Source of the DNA: Octopus vulgaris
Taxonomy: Eukaryota
Direction of reading: 5' to 3'
NCBI GenBank assembly: GCA_951406725.2
Contig: OX597820.1
Location: forward strand, 16,802,001-16,866,000
Length of the DNA stretch: 64,000 nt
The notes beneath the pieces are model-generated. The model worked only from the letters and a program-made list of their open reading frames with translations. It did not search any database and was not told the DNA's origin. Numbering within the stretch: the stretch's first letter is position 1; every line of letters begins with the position of its first letter. Below, piece after piece: positions 12,448 to 26,543 of this stretch. The position numbers and the translations under genes are program-made.

Positions 12448-12837
12448 TGATATGTAAATAGGCATCTTGTAGAAATCTACATATATTGATTCATCCTACA
12501 GCAAAGAAGTTTACAAACTTATAAATATTCATCCTGTATTTCAGCTGTTTGCAAGATATTGGCCTTCTATGCCCGATGAACATTATACGAGCGTACCATG
12601 ATTTTTATGCATATCTATAATACTTTTTTTCATGGCAATGCTGTTGCTAGCATAAATATTCATGTGTACATGTGTTCTGCCTCACGTTCTCTGGCGTTCC
12701 AATCGAGTGATGGGGGTCGTGGCTGGAGTTGTGTAATCTTATTCACTCATGTGTCAATCTACGGTCTTAGATTTCAGGGACCTGAAAAATGGCAAAAGAG
12801 GTGTTTCGGCCGCGTAACCCCGGGTGGCTATATTTCA

Positions 12838-12990
12838 CTGGCTGTGTGGTAAGAAGCTTGCTTCTCAACCACATGGTTCCGGGTTCAGTCTCACTGCGTG
12901 GCACCTTGGGCAAGTGTCTTCTACTATAGCCTCAGGCCGACCAAAGCCTTATGAGTGGATGTAGTAGATGGAAACTGAAAGAAACCCGTC

Positions 12991-13074
<84 letters not shown>

Positions 13075-13272
13075 TTGTGCATTTGTGCCGATCCTCCACC
13101 ATCGCTTGACAACCGATGTTGGTGTGCTTACGTCCGTAACTTAACGGTTCGGCAAAACAGACTGATAGAATAAGCACTAGGCTTACAACGAATACGTCCT
13201 GGTGTCGATTTGTTTGACAAAAAAGGCAGTGGTCCTGCATGGCCCCAGTTAAATGACTGAAACAAGTAAAAA
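12838..13272 (+). mobile_element. SINE family A
   Basis: Head, internal (TA)(TG) tract and tail all present. Confidence 0.9.
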
Positions 13273-13366
13273 AAAATAAATGTGTAAAAGAATATATATA
13301 CAGTTAATTTAACTCTTATTTTAGCATAAGCTGTGCTAGTTTAGTACCGTGTGTCACTTTTGTGAC

Positions 13367-13439
<73 letters not shown>

Positions 13440-13544
13440 AAATTCATTAAAAAAACGAGAAAAAAGGACGATAAGAAAAAACAACAACGCGAGGACATGG
13501 TGCATACAAAGTGTTAATAAGACGCTCAGAGAAGGAAAGAAAGG

Positions 13545-13582
13545 GTGTTTTACGTTTCGAGCAAAGCTCTTACTCAGAAACA
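13545..13582 (-). ncRNA. Degenerate minimal hammerhead motif
   Basis: Reverse complement tgttt-CTGAGTA-a-gagc(ttt)gctc-GAAA-cg-TA-aaaca; stems perfect, core G8 lost. Confidence 0.5.
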
Positions 13583-13753
13583 GGAGAGAGAGAGGAAAGT
13601 CCGAGAGAAAAAAAAAGACGGAGGAAAAAATCGCCAACAGTCCACATGTCGTTATAGACAGATAAAAGTTTGGGTTTTAATGTATAAAATGTATATACAC
13701 GTACACGCGCAAAAAAGGAGAGCAGACTCAAAAAGTTCAAATGATAAACAGTC

Positions 13754-13805
<52 letters not shown>

Positions 13806-14721
13806 TAGAGCAAACTTATTCAGATTACATAGACATTAAGAATTAGAGGGGAGAAAACGTTACAGGCCCGACAGCTTGAAGTTACTTCATAATGTTGGCA
13901 GATGTAGTTGATTAAAATTGTGCATCTGGTAATGGAAGCAAGCAAACATTGATAACTCCAGAGCCTCCTTCGTCAGGATGGATTGGTAACTCACGATGTA
14001 GAATTGCTGTGTCTCCGTCGGCGCTCTCACCTCAGTCAAGAAGTCTTCAAATATTGCAAAAATTGCATGCGCTCATCACGTTGTGTGAATTTAGAATAGG
14101 ACGAAGCACTTACGGAACTAACAGTACAGAGAACTAACAGTGCGGAGTGGAAAATGCCTAGCTTCGGTAGCAGTGTTACAAGAGCCTGTAAAGTATACGG
14201 GCGTCGGTAAGAACAGTTCTTGACCAGTGATGGGAACAATTGCGGCTCGTTGGAGTTTCTAAACGGCACATTAAATAACATTTCCTTGATCTTAGTAATT
14301 CAGCACGTCTGACGATGAGCAATAAATCATGCGGCCCGCTTCTCGACAGAGGTAGCCCATGACAGTTTTAGATTAAAGTAGTCGATGGCTAACACATGCC
14401 ATACCGTTGAATGTGTATATTGTCCATAAGAGGAGCACGACATGCTTGAAATAGCAGTCAAATCTCGTTCAAATTACTCATTATGTTCTTTACATGCTGC
14501 ATAATGTGTTCCTATGTTCAATAGAGTTAGAATAAAGTCGAGAAGGTTAACAAAGTTGGAAACAACTGGGAAAGGTTGGGCCATAGATCTTCTCTATCAG
14601 AGCTGACCTGGGGTTAAAGAAACACAACGGCAACCGGTTGTTTAAATAGAGCTAAATATTTCTACATGTTTTGCAAAAACAAAAGCCTCTCCCCGTGCGC
14701 TCCCCACCACCGAAATCTCAG

Positions 14722-14995
14722 GTGCAGGTGTAGCTGTGTGGTAAGAAGCTTGCTTCTAAACACAAGGCTCCGGGTTCAGTTCCACTGCGCGGCACCTTGG
14801 GCAAACGTCTTCAACTATAGCCTTGTGGGTGGATTTGGTAGATGGAAACTGAAAGAAACCCGTCGTAGAGACCAATAGAATAAGTACTAGGCTTAAAAGA
14901 AAAGTAAGTCTAAAGCCCTTCAAGGTGGTGCCCCAGCATGGCCGCTGTGGAAACGACAGAAACAAGAAATCGATAAAAAGATAAAAGATAAGAAG
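14722..14995 (+). mobile_element. SINE family A, internally deleted
   Basis: Head joined directly to the gaccaatagaataagtactagg tail. Confidence 0.8.
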
Positions 14996-15020
14996 TGCAA
15001 CAAGTACAAAACGCGATATA

Positions 15021-15096
15021 TGGCGTGTCCATAAAATATCTTTACAATTTAAATATAAACGTGTGAAAATTGTAAAAATAATTTATGGACATTCTG
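15021..15096. mobile_element. ~75-bp MITE made of Tc1/mariner TIRs
   Basis: gtgtccataaaatatctttacaattt / aaattgtaaaaataatttatggacattctg-TA; resembles the TIR ending at 30005. Confidence 0.65.
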
Positions 15097-15119
15097 TATA
15101 TGCATGTATGTATGTATGT

Positions 15120-15232
15120 ATATCATTGTTCAGTTTATTTCAAGATTTCTTGCCAATAGAGAAAGAGCCGGTTTCTAACCTGGATTCAAGGGTCCTTCAT
15201 TGAAATTTCAACATCAACAACAGGGTAGTTTT
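15120..15232 (-). mobile_element. 3' tail fragment of the (CATA)n-associated REL LINE
   Basis: tcattgttcagtttatttcaagatttcttgccaatag...caacaggg matches 47385-47480 and 47920-48025. Confidence 0.8.
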
Positions 15233-15269
15233 GTATGTATGTATGCATGTATGCATGTATATATGTATG

Positions 15270-15314
<45 letters not shown>

Positions 15315-15706
15315 TGTGTGTGTGTGTGTGTGTGTGTTACACATAAACTTATTCTGTGAAGCATTACAGCGAATATGGCAAAAAAGCATTAAAAGGAGAA
15401 AAACAGCAACAAAAAATGGAGGCATCTCCATTTCATTTGAAATCAAGCAACAAACATGTCTACCAAGAGATCGTATTTACATCCTATTTACATCGTTTTC
15501 AAGTATTTTTTTTCACTTTTTTTCCCCAGAAAACGTTTACGATTTAAAATGTCACAGGTTTACAGATAATTATGTCAAATCAAGATTGCTGAATGCTGTA
15601 CTCTAGAGTTTCTGCAATCTTGCTGTCACGCAATATTAAATCAAAGCCTACACATGCGCATTAATACAAACCACTCACAAATAGATACAGACACACATCC
15701 CAACAA

Positions 15707-15783
<77 letters not shown>

Positions 15784-16224
15784 AACACGCACATAGATTC
15801 ATATATATTGACATATGTATAAATACATTCATATGTATGTTCGTACATATGTATGTCTGTACGTATATACGTATGTATGCCTTTATGTATGTATGTATGT
15901 ATGTATGTATGTATGTATGTATGTATGCATGTATGTATGCATGTATGCATGTATGTATGCATGTATGTATGTATGTATGTATGTGTGTAAGGGTGTATTT
16001 GCAGATGTGCACAAAATAATGTAATCGATATGCAAATGTATATAGCACTTTTTAATTTTTAAAATTTTTTATTATTTTTTTTACTTTTCGGTGTGTGTGT
16101 GCGTGTGATTGATGTGATATAGAATACATCCATCTATCACTCTCTGAAAAACTGATTATATACATACATACATACATACATACATACATACATACATACA
16201 TACGTACATTCATACATACATACA

Positions 16225-16460
<236 letters not shown>

Positions 16461-17039
16461 CATATATACAAACACATGCACGCACACACACACACACATA
16501 TATATATATAATTTATATATATATACACATTTATATTGTATTTATATCCGTATAGATAAATACATGTACACACACATATTGAGTGAGAGAGAGAGAGAAA
16601 GAGAGGAAGAGAGAGGGAGAGATAAACAGATAGATATATATCGATTAATAAGCATATAATCTTCCGTATCCAGTTTTCACGTTACACTCCTTCAAAATCA
16701 GCATGAAGAACAGGTAGAATGGATTTCATTTTTTTTCTTCCTACCTGTCATTTTTTGTCCTCTTTTATCACTATTTAGAAATGAAAGTTAACATTTCATC
16801 ATTTTTGACATGAAATTTATTTATTACTTTTACACGTATTTTCGCCTTGAGGGCAATTAGTGGAATCTACAAATGTTTCTAATTTTCTTTTCTTTCTTTG
16901 AGAATTCCATGACATTCCGTGTAGCCTGTATTCTAAAAAAAAAAAAAAAAAACAGGTATCATCTTGTGTAGGGTGCCTATGTTAATATGTTTGGTTAACC
17001 TTTTTTTAATAACTCACATAATTACCATAACGACAGCAC

Positions 17040-17381
17040 TAGGACCAGAGAGTTGCCGGATGACTGAATTTTCCGGATATTTGATCACCACTTTTTCAAT
17101 TATTGCAACATCTTCCAAAAACTCATTAAAACTCTCCCTATGTGTCACTGGAACCGGAAGGATGCCGGATACCTGAATTTTCTGGGTATCAGATAGTTAC
17201 TTTAAATTAGTGTAATACCTTAGGAAACTTATCACAGCTCTCTATATACATCATTGAAACCGAAAGGATGCCGGATGACTGAATTTTCCGGATTTCTGAT
17301 CATTGCATTTTAGATTACCACAACACGTTAGAATCATTAAATCTTTCTAAATACATCACTGGGACTAAAGCGTTGCCGGTG
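17040..17381. repeat. Degenerate tandem repeat, ~107-bp period
   Basis: tgccggat(gactgaattttccggat) recurs at ~17054, 17163, 17269 and 17375. Confidence 0.75.
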
Positions 17382-17423
17382 TTGCTGATGGTGATAAGGA
17401 TAAAAATAAAAATAATAAGAATA

Positions 17424-17836
17424 GGCGCAGGAGTGGCTGTGTGGTAAGTAGCTTGCTAACCAACCACATGGTTCCGGGTTCAGTCCCACTGCGTGGCATC
17501 TTGGGCAAGTGTCTTCTGCTATAGCCCCGGGCCGACCAATGCCTTGTGAGTGGATATGGTAGACGGAAACTGAAAGAAGCCTATCGTATATATGTATATA
17601 TATATATTAGTGTGTGTGTATATGTTTGTGTGTCTGTGTTTGTCCCTCTAGCATTGATTGACAACCGATGCTGGTGTGTTTACGTCCCCGTCACTTAGCG
17701 GTTCGGCAAAAGAGACCGATAGAATAAGTACTGGCCTTACAAAGAATAAGTCCCGGGGTCGATTTGATCGACTAAAGGCGGTGCTCCAGCATGGCCGCAG
17801 TCAAATGACTGAAACAAGTAAAAGAGTCAAAAGAGT
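17424..17836 (+). mobile_element. SINE family A, full-length reference copy
   Basis: ggcgcaggagtggctgtgtggtaag (A box), gggttcagtccc (B box), internal TA/TG tract, tail (agtaaaag)n. Confidence 0.9.
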
Positions 17837-18036
17837 ATAGTATGCTGCAGCTGCTAATACTAAATACTACTAACACTAAATTAACACTACAAGTGCTACT
17901 ATTATGATAGCACAGGTATCTGAGGCCCAACTACCACCCTTACCACTACCCCCCACCCACGCTACTGTTGCTGGTGCTGCAACCACTGCTGCTACTATAC
18001 ATAAAAACAATAATATCAGTGATATCAGTGATGCTG

Positions 18037-18085
<49 letters not shown>

Positions 18086-18296
18086 TAATAATGATAATAA
18101 TAATAATCTTCTTCTTCTTCTTCTTCTTCTTCTTCTTCTTCTTCTTCTTCTTCTTCTTCTTCTGTGTTGTTGAGGTGTGTGCAGTATTGTGTGTCATTGT
18201 CTTTCTTTGCTGTTGGGGGAATTATTATTATTATTATTATTGTTATTGTTGTTATTGTTGTTCTTGTTGTTGTTCTTGTTGTTGTTGTTATTGTTA

Positions 18297-18331
<35 letters not shown>

Positions 18332-18750
18332 TCATTCTTTTCTTTACATTAGATTTCTATAGAAACCTCCCTGTTTTATGTGGTCTGTCTTTATAATGTA
18401 CCTGTTGAAAATCCTCCTCCTCCTCCTCCTCCTCCTCCTCCTCCTCCTCCTCCTCCTCCTCCTCCTCCTCCTCCTCATCATCATCATCGTTATTGTGCTG
18501 TTGTCGGCGATGTCACTGGTCTTATTGTTGTTGATTATCATGATACAATTATTAATAACAAATGTGAAAGAAATAATGTCACGCATTGAACGGTTAAAAC
18601 AACGGGAATTCACGTAAATACCTTTTTGCTATCCGCCTCCTCCTCCCCATCCTCCTCCTCCTCCCCATCCTCCTCCTCCTCCCCATCCTCCTCCTCCTCC
18701 CCATCCTCCTCCTCCTCCCTATCCTCCTCCTCCTCCTCATCATCATCATC
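18037..18750. repeat. Compound trinucleotide arrays (TAA, CTT, TTG, CCT)
   Basis: Directly visible. Confidence 0.9.
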
Positions 18751-19505
18751 ACCACAATGGCAGTTGACAGAATCGAGAGGGTTATTTAGTTACGTTTCTT
18801 TATATTCTAAAGTGCAAATCGCAAATCTATCGATTTTTATTTTCTACCTCTATAATCCTTCGGGGATCGATAAAATAAGTACCAAGTCCTATTCCGCGGT
18901 GGATTACGACAGCAAGACAATGATATTGTTATTTTTCTCTTCTCTCCGCCTTCGCTGATCTCTGAACTCAACATGAAAGGAAAGCTCTGATCTGTTAGTC
19001 CTCAATAGGTTTGACTTCTCAAATGATTTCATTAAAATTTTTCCTTCCCCTTTAATAAACTCAGCCTAATTTACAAAAGGTTTATTTGCTGTTCATTCAA
19101 GAGACAAAGGCCTTTCAAATATTCTTTTTAATTCATATAAAAGAAGAGATTTTAGATTTTATATGCTAAATGTTTCCTTTAAGTTTTAGCTGTTTTTTTC
19201 TTTTCGCATTTTTAATACGCCAAACCGGACAATTTCCAAAGGTTTTGTTTTTGTGACACTGTCTCTGTTAATCTTTATACAGCTTGATTTATTTTATTCA
19301 TCCATTTTTATCCTTTTCAACTTTGCTTCTGCAGACCATCACACGCTGCAACAAGGGGTTCATGTCTTTTTTTTTTTGATGCTGTTAAATCCAATTTTTA
19401 ATTTTTTATAAAAATTATTAATAAAAAATTATTCTTGTGAATTGTCAAAACAGGTTATACCGTACAACTAACTATTGATAGGAGTAACAATACAGCAATC
19501 GCTCT

Positions 19506-19720
19506 AAGGCGGGGAGCTGGTAGAATCGTTAGCGCACCAGACAAAAAAACTTAGCGGCGTTTCGTCCGTCTACCTTCTGAGTTCAAATCCCGTCGGGGTT
19601 GACTTTGTCTTTCATTCTTTCGGGGTCGATAAATTAAGTAGCAGTTACGCATTGGGGTCAATATAACTGACCAACCTTCTCCCGCCAACTTGCTGGTCTT
19701 GTTCCAAAATTTGAAACCAA
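19506..19720 (+). mobile_element. SINE family B
   Basis: aaggcggggagctggtagaatcgttagc...ttctgagttcaaat...ttcggggtcgataaattaagta. Confidence 0.85.
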
Positions 19721-20981
19721 AATATAATTCTTTATTGCTCACAAGGTGCTAAACATAGAATTCAGCCAGTTCTTAAATCACTCTTCTACTATCGGCGATC
19801 AACCCGTGTTCAGATTCCTCTCAAATCAGAACCTGAACACCTCAACAACTCCAGTCGCTCGCTGAGGCCTGCGAGATGATCGGGAAGATGAATTGTGGCA
19901 TTCATCAGTGTTGACATTATTGCAGAAGCATTCAAGGTTTTGGACCAAGAACCATTGGTAGCATTCCACGATATTCTTGTCGGTATTTAGGATCAAGAAG
20001 AAATTCTGCCTGATTGGCGGATGCTGCAGTCATTAAGAAAAACGAACTCTCTTGAATGTTGTTTTGTACTCTCCATTGCAACACCGAGGCTTCGATTACC
20101 GCACCGGGTGGTGCGTTCTGTTCATGAGCAAAACACTTCGAGGGACGTGAAATATTTCGTTTTTTAACGGTTGATCTCCATCCACTTACCTCTAAATTGA
20201 TAACCTTGCGTCGGTCTGGCGTCCCTTTCTGTCACTTATACAACATAGAAACCGGGTAACCGGTGTCTCAGGATTCGAGACAGCAATGTCTAAGGGACCT
20301 ACTTTTTCTATGCACTGCTTAGATGTTTCTGTAAATAAATAAAGAAATAGATAAATAAATAAATAAATATAAATGTGGAGACTTACGAATATGTAATACT
20401 ATATTTCTGCTTTTGAAAACGATTCATATACATTTAAGAATGTCTAGATTAATTCTGCCAAGTTATAAAACCTAGACTCAATTTCAAATAAGCTATTCTT
20501 AAATTTCTGAAAAATAGTGTTTATTGCGTCGTAGAAATTATATTATATATTACACATTACATATTGCATTGATATTATATTACATATCAACTTAATAACA
20601 ACAAGCTTCTGGCATGTAAGAATTCTCATTTCTTCACCAATGCCCTGATTTGCTTTAGGTCAGAGATTAAACAAACCAGAGCGAATAAGAGAAGTTCGAC
20701 GATGTCCCCCTATCGGCTAGAAATTGGAACCAACCCCCCCTCAAATTGCAGCACACCGTCTGTTAAATAAAGGATTCATTGCATATATTTGTATACATGG
20801 TATACTTTGATATGCATATTACGGAAAAAAAATTTTTATATGCACACTCTGATATATAACCTACGTTGGACCCCTTATTCGCATAATCACCGAACCTGGA
20901 ACTCAACTATGGTCTATCCATAGCACCTATTCAGCATTACCTGACACCTTTGAGTCTCACTGACACCTTTACCTCTCATAA

Positions 20982-21047
<66 letters not shown>

Positions 21048-21452
21048 CTAATTTCCCGGAAAAATCTTTATATATATATATATACCTCTTCTAATTTGCT
21101 AAAAGCGCTCTAAGGCTTTTTAAATACTATTGTATTACGATAGCATAGGCTCACTTGCACTTTTCATACTATATGTGTATGCGTGTCAGCGGAGTACTCA
21201 GCCACTTGCATGTTAATGCCAGAAGCAAGCTGTTCCACTGATCGTATCAACTGGGACGCTAGTGGTCGTAACCGACGGAATGCCAGTTTTTATCGCCTCT
21301 TTGGCAGTAGAGACGGGAGAGGCAGATGCTGTGAGCTGACACGAGAGACGGGTCCTTCTTATGATATTCCCGTCATCACTCAATGACCGGTTGCACCATT
21401 CAGCGACTCAACGTAAGTAAAATACTCCAAGCAGTTACGTGTATAAATACAA

Positions 21453-21509
<57 letters not shown>

Positions 21510-21537
21510 CATATATATATATAACACATATATAAAT

Positions 21538-21719
21538 ATTAAGGGTTTAGCAACAAGTTGCTTGACCACATACCGAAAATTTTAGAAATAGCAGCCAAAA
21601 GACCGATATTTCTTTTTCTACAAAAAAAAAAAAAAAAGAAAAGGGAAATACCGGTCTTTTGGCCGCTATTTCTAAGATTTTCGGTATGTGGTCAAGCAAC
21701 TTGTTGCTAAACCCTTAAT
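21538..21719. repeat. ~80-bp-arm inverted repeat with a poly-A loop, between (TA)n tracts
   Basis: attaagggtttagcaacaagttgcttgaccacataccgaaaa... mirrored by ...gttgctaaacccttaat. Confidence 0.9.
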
Positions 21720-21832
21720 TATTGTTTTAAAAAACTTTTTGTATAAGTTTTTACCGAATATGGTTCTTTTCCATGGCGAAAACTAATTTGTTAATTTATT
21801 AATTTAATAATTTTTTTACCCTATATCTGTAA

Positions 21833-21905
<73 letters not shown>

Positions 21906-22603
21906 CATTATATTCCCTTTCTTTAAATCGTTTTGCTAGTCAAGAAACTTTTACCATTCCTCATTTCTGACTGTGTAGAATTCATTGTGAAATAATTCAC
22001 TGTCTTGTGTCGCGTGCGAAAAGCATCGATTTCCTCATTAATGACTTAATGTGTTGCGCACTAATTAAGATTCGACGTCAACGTTCTCTATAGAAAACGA
22101 ATTCTAATACTGTTCCTTCGCTAAATATATTCACAACTACGACAGAATGTAGACATCTATACACCATTAAGTATTTCCTCCTCCAACAGGCTTTTAATGA
22201 AGCCATTACCTTTAGTCACGCACACGGACACACAGACACACACATACATTATCATACACTTTACATTTAATATGTTAGTCTCTTTTGTATTTGCTTATAT
22301 TATTTTACTTGTTTTATAATAATGACCGATTCTTTTAAGTTCAAAGGGAAGAAAATTTGTCTCGCTAACTTTAACGAGTGTCCGATGATTATAAAATAAA
22401 CATCGCTTAGTTAGTTCTTTATATTTACGACCCTTGGTCATTTCATAATCGAGGGACATATTTCACTTTGCTCTGTAAGTTTAAAAACAATCGTTGGAGT
22501 TGGCTGGTCTTGAACCTTCACTGCTGAGGCATCTCCCGATTCGCTTGTCTGTCGTCATGTCTTGTCAACCTTGTTACGTCTAACCCCACTTCTCTGCACT
22601 AAC

Positions 22604-22836
22604 CTATTTCTATACTACCCACAAGGGACTAAACACAGAGAGGACAAACAAGGACAGACAAATGGATTAAGTCGATTATATCGACCCCAGTGCGTAACTG
22701 GTACTTATTTAATCGACCCCGAAAGGATGAAAGGCAAAGTCGACCTCGGCGGAATTTGAACTCAGAACGTAGCGGCAGACGAAATACTGCTAAGCATTTC
22801 GTCCGGCGTGCTAATGATTCTGCCAGCTCGCTGCCC
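22604..22836 (-). mobile_element. SINE family B with 15-bp TSD
   Basis: TSD cttctctgcactaac at 22589-22603 and 22837-22851. Confidence 0.9.
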
Positions 22837-23185
22837 CTTCTCTGCACTAACTACCATACCTTAACCGTCTTACTCTTAACATCATCCCTTTAATATTATT
22901 CCCTTTTGCACGTCTTTCCTGGAGATGTTGACCCGAAATAGTGTGAACAAAACATTAACATCAATCTTGCCATATTCATATTAAGAAATTCCATGTAGAC
23001 GTTCTCTTCGTATGAATTTTTGTTTAATTTTCTTAGGAAAATTCTTATGATGGATCTCCTTATCATCGAGGAACTTTCTTATTAAAAGCACATCCTTAGC
23101 ACATCTTCAAGATTAGCCCTTGTCTTTTGCGTCAGAAAATATTTCAACTCCCAACAACAAAAGGTTCGAGTGAGGCGTCATACTT

Positions 23186-23600
23186 ATTTCTTTGCTGCCC
23201 ACAAGGGGCTAAACACAGAGGGGAAAAACAAGGACAGACAAACGGATTAAGTCGATTACATCGACCTCAGTGCGTAACTGGTACTTAATTTATCGACCCC
23301 GAAAGGATGAAAGGCAAAGTCGACCTCGGCGGAATTTGAACTCAGAACGTAGTGGCAGACGAAATACCTATTTCTTTACTGCCCACAAGGGGCTAAAAAC
23401 AGAGGAGACAAACAAGGACAGACAAACAGATTAAGTCGATTACATCGACCCCAGTGCGTAACTGGTACTTATTTAATTGACCCCGAAAGGATGAAAGGCA
23501 AAGTCGACCTCGGCGGAATTTGAACTCAGAACGTAACGGCAGACGAAATACCGCTAAGCATTTCGCCCGGCGTGCTAACGATTCTGCCAGCTCGCCGCCT
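23186..23600 (-). mobile_element. SINE family B tandem (full unit + head-truncated unit) inside one TSD
   Basis: TSD gtgagg(c/t)gtcatactt on both sides; internal junction gacgaaatacctatttcttt at ~23368. Confidence 0.9.
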
Positions 23601-24075
23601 TGTGAGGTGTCATACTTCCACAGCTGGAATTGTGCTACTGCTACGTATACAAAAAAAAAACAAAAAAAAAAAAACAACAACAACAAACAACTAGGATCTT
23701 GGTGAGAAAGGGGTTAGTTACTTTGTTTCTTCATACTTCGAAGTTGAAATTTGAAAATATATTTGAATGTATTTGTTGGAAAAGAAAACTTTGAATTTAA
23801 AGATGGCGTCTTTTTTGCCAGGAATCCATATGTCCCTTCTTTTTCAACGTATTCCGTGTATACTTACACCTTTTTATTTTTATCATTTCATTATATGTAA
23901 ACCCCTACAGTTCATGTCTGTCTCTATATTGTCCCCCTCATCCATCGCCCTTGAGGTAAATAAAATCATCATCATCATTGTTATTATTATTATTGTTGCC
24001 GAGGTCGACTTTGCCTTTCATCCTTTCGGGGTCGATAAATTAAGTACCAGTTACGCATCATCATCATCATCATCA

Positions 24076-24157
<82 letters not shown>

Positions 24158-24421
24158 CATTATTATTATTATTGATGCTCCCCCACTACTACCGAGCGCA
24201 GCTCGTGATCAGAGATGCACATATCGTCAGTCACCAAGGGACATAGTCAACTGGTTAAGGTCAAACAACTGACAAGCAAATCTGTATGTTATATGTGTTT
24301 GTAAGCAGAATATTTGTTATGTATTTGTCCCATATTTTTATACCAAGCCTAATGCACCTACTATGATAGGAATTGTTTCTGTTTTCAGGTTCCACATTCT
24401 AGTTACATCTATTTCCAGGTC

Positions 24422-24472
<51 letters not shown>

Positions 24473-24716
24473 GTGACGAGCTGGCAGGATCGTTAGCACG
24501 CCGGGTGAAAGGCTTAGCGCTATTTCGTCTGCCGCTACGTTCTGAGTTCAAATTCTGCCGAGGTTGACTTTGCCTTTCATCCTTTCGGGGTCCATAATTT
24601 AGATACCAGTGAAACACTGGGGTCGATGTAATCGACTAGTCCCCTCCCACAAAATTTCAATGCCTTGTGCCTACAGTGGAAAGGATAATAATAACAATAA
24701 CAATAATAATAATAAC

Positions 24717-24794
<78 letters not shown>

Positions 24795-25027
24795 CATTAT
24801 TATTATTATTCATGACTTCAAACTGGCGGAATCGTTAACGCGTCCAACTTAATGCTTAGCGGCATTTTGTTCGTCTTCGTGTTCTGTGTTCTAATACCGC
24901 CGAGGTCGACTTTTGCCCTTCATCCTATAAAGGCTGATGAAATAGTGCAACAGTCGAGCACTGGGGCCGATATACAATCGGCTTAACTCCTCGTCCCAAA
25001 ATGTCCGGCCTTGTGCCTATAGTAGAA
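24473..25027 (+). mobile_element. Two SINE family B copies (24473-24682, 24815-25027) around (TAA)/(TTA) tracts
   Basis: gagctggcaggatcgttagcacg..., gaggtcgactttgcc motifs. Confidence 0.75.
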
Positions 25028-25387
25028 TGAAGTATTATTATGAAAATGCTATTGTTTAATATGTACAAGTTTGGAAACTATTTCCGACCACTAAAACAAA
25101 AATATAGATTTCTTTTTTTACTGACTCCGTTCTCAATTCGCATAGAACGTAAACATGTCTATTGTTTTCACTCGATATTGAATCCTGTAGAAAGCGGTTT
25201 TATTTCCTTTTGTTTCGGGGAACTATATTCGATATATTAGTTACCAGCGGAAACAACTTCACACTGAGCATAAAGAACTACGAAGAATGGTTTCGATTTA
25301 TTTTAATTCACTCCTGTTTGTGTTTTTGCCACCCTTACTTCTATGTCTGTAACATAATAAAGTTACATAAGAATAATTAAGAATGAA

Positions 25388-25560
25388 AGTGCAGGCCTGG
25401 CTGTGTGGTTAAATGGTCCGCTTTACAACCATGTGGTTTCGGGTTCAGTCGCACTGCGCGGTATCCAGGGCAAGTGTCTTGTATTACAGGCCCGATTTGA
25501 CCAATGCTTTCCGAGTGAATTTAGTAGAAGGAAATTGTGTGAAAGCCCATTGTGTGTGTA
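25388..25560 (+). mobile_element. SINE family A head (probable tail at ~27610-27785, displaced by ~2 kb of inserts)
   Basis: ggctgtgtggtt..gggttcagtcgcactgcgcgg; tail cggcaaaagtgaccaatagaacaagcac...atgactgaaa. Confidence 0.6.
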
Positions 25561-25638
25561 TATATAGACTGTCCGACGAACGGGAACGTAACAACTTTTG
25601 TTATATTTTTGCTGCTTTTAAATAAAGTATATATGTAC

Positions 25639-25696
<58 letters not shown>

Positions 25697-25725
25697 CGAG
25701 AATGAAGCAACAAGAATGGATAGGT

Positions 25726-25816
25726 TTTTAGTACAATCGTTTCATACAAGGACAGGTTTTATTAAAAGTTGCAAAAATTACAGCATATAAACGTGTCCCG
25801 TACTCATCAGCTAAAA
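25726..25816 (-). ncRNA. Type-I hammerhead motif (left arm)
   Basis: Reverse complement of 26453-26543. Confidence 0.7.
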
Positions 25817-26452
25817 TACATGTGAGTTCTCTAGACATCCTAGTGGTTGAGGCTATACTCATGAAGTAATGTAGATAATTAAGTAACATAAACAGAATTT
25901 CAAAAGTTCATTAAAGTTCTTTAAAGATGATGTACAGTCTTATCACAGAATTTTAAAAAAAGTCTTAACAGCATCACAGAGAAGGTGACCCAATCCATAG
26001 TGCATATATGAATTTCCAGAGATATGATGAGGGATTACATACTCACAGAAGGCAAATTTATCCATTGTTAATTACAACGAGGTGGGTTTCAATTCCTGCT
26101 TATTAGCATTACAGAGAGGGTGAATTAATCCTTTGTATAGATGCACAATTTCCAATGGTGTAGGTGTAAATTTCCAAGGAATTTCATATTCACAGGCGAT
26201 AAATTTATCAATGGTTGAACACAATGAGGTAGGTATCAATTCTTGCTATATGATTAGGTATTTGCCACATTAATCACATTACTGCTATTTACAAGAGGCT
26301 GTAGCTATTTTTTTTAAAATTCTGTGATAAGACTGTACATCATCTTTAAAGAACTTTAATGAACTTTTGAAATCTGTTTATGTTACTTAATTATCTACAT
26401 TACTTCATGAGTATAGCCTCAACCACTAGGATGTCTAGAGAACTCACATGTA

Positions 26453-26543
26453 TTTTAGCTGATGAGTACGGGACACGTTTATATGCTGTAATTTTTGCAA
26501 CTTTTAATAAAACCTGTCCTTGTATGAAACGATTGTACTAAAA
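26453..26543 (+). ncRNA. Type-I hammerhead motif with long loop 2
   Basis: ttttag-CTGATGA-gtacgggaca...tgtccttgtat-GAAA-c(gatt)g-TA-ctaaaa; 6-bp stem I, GUA triplet. Confidence 0.75.

Noticed and set aside
13960-14330. CTGACGA motifs at ~13970 (-) and ~14309 (+)
   Set aside because: Cannot complete hammerhead topology
19885-19915. Minus-strand CTGATGA at ~19903-19909
   Set aside because: No GAAA or stem I partner downstream
24925-24950. CTGATGA at ~24934
   Set aside because: Mutated SINE B body (gtcgataaa); no stem II or GAAA
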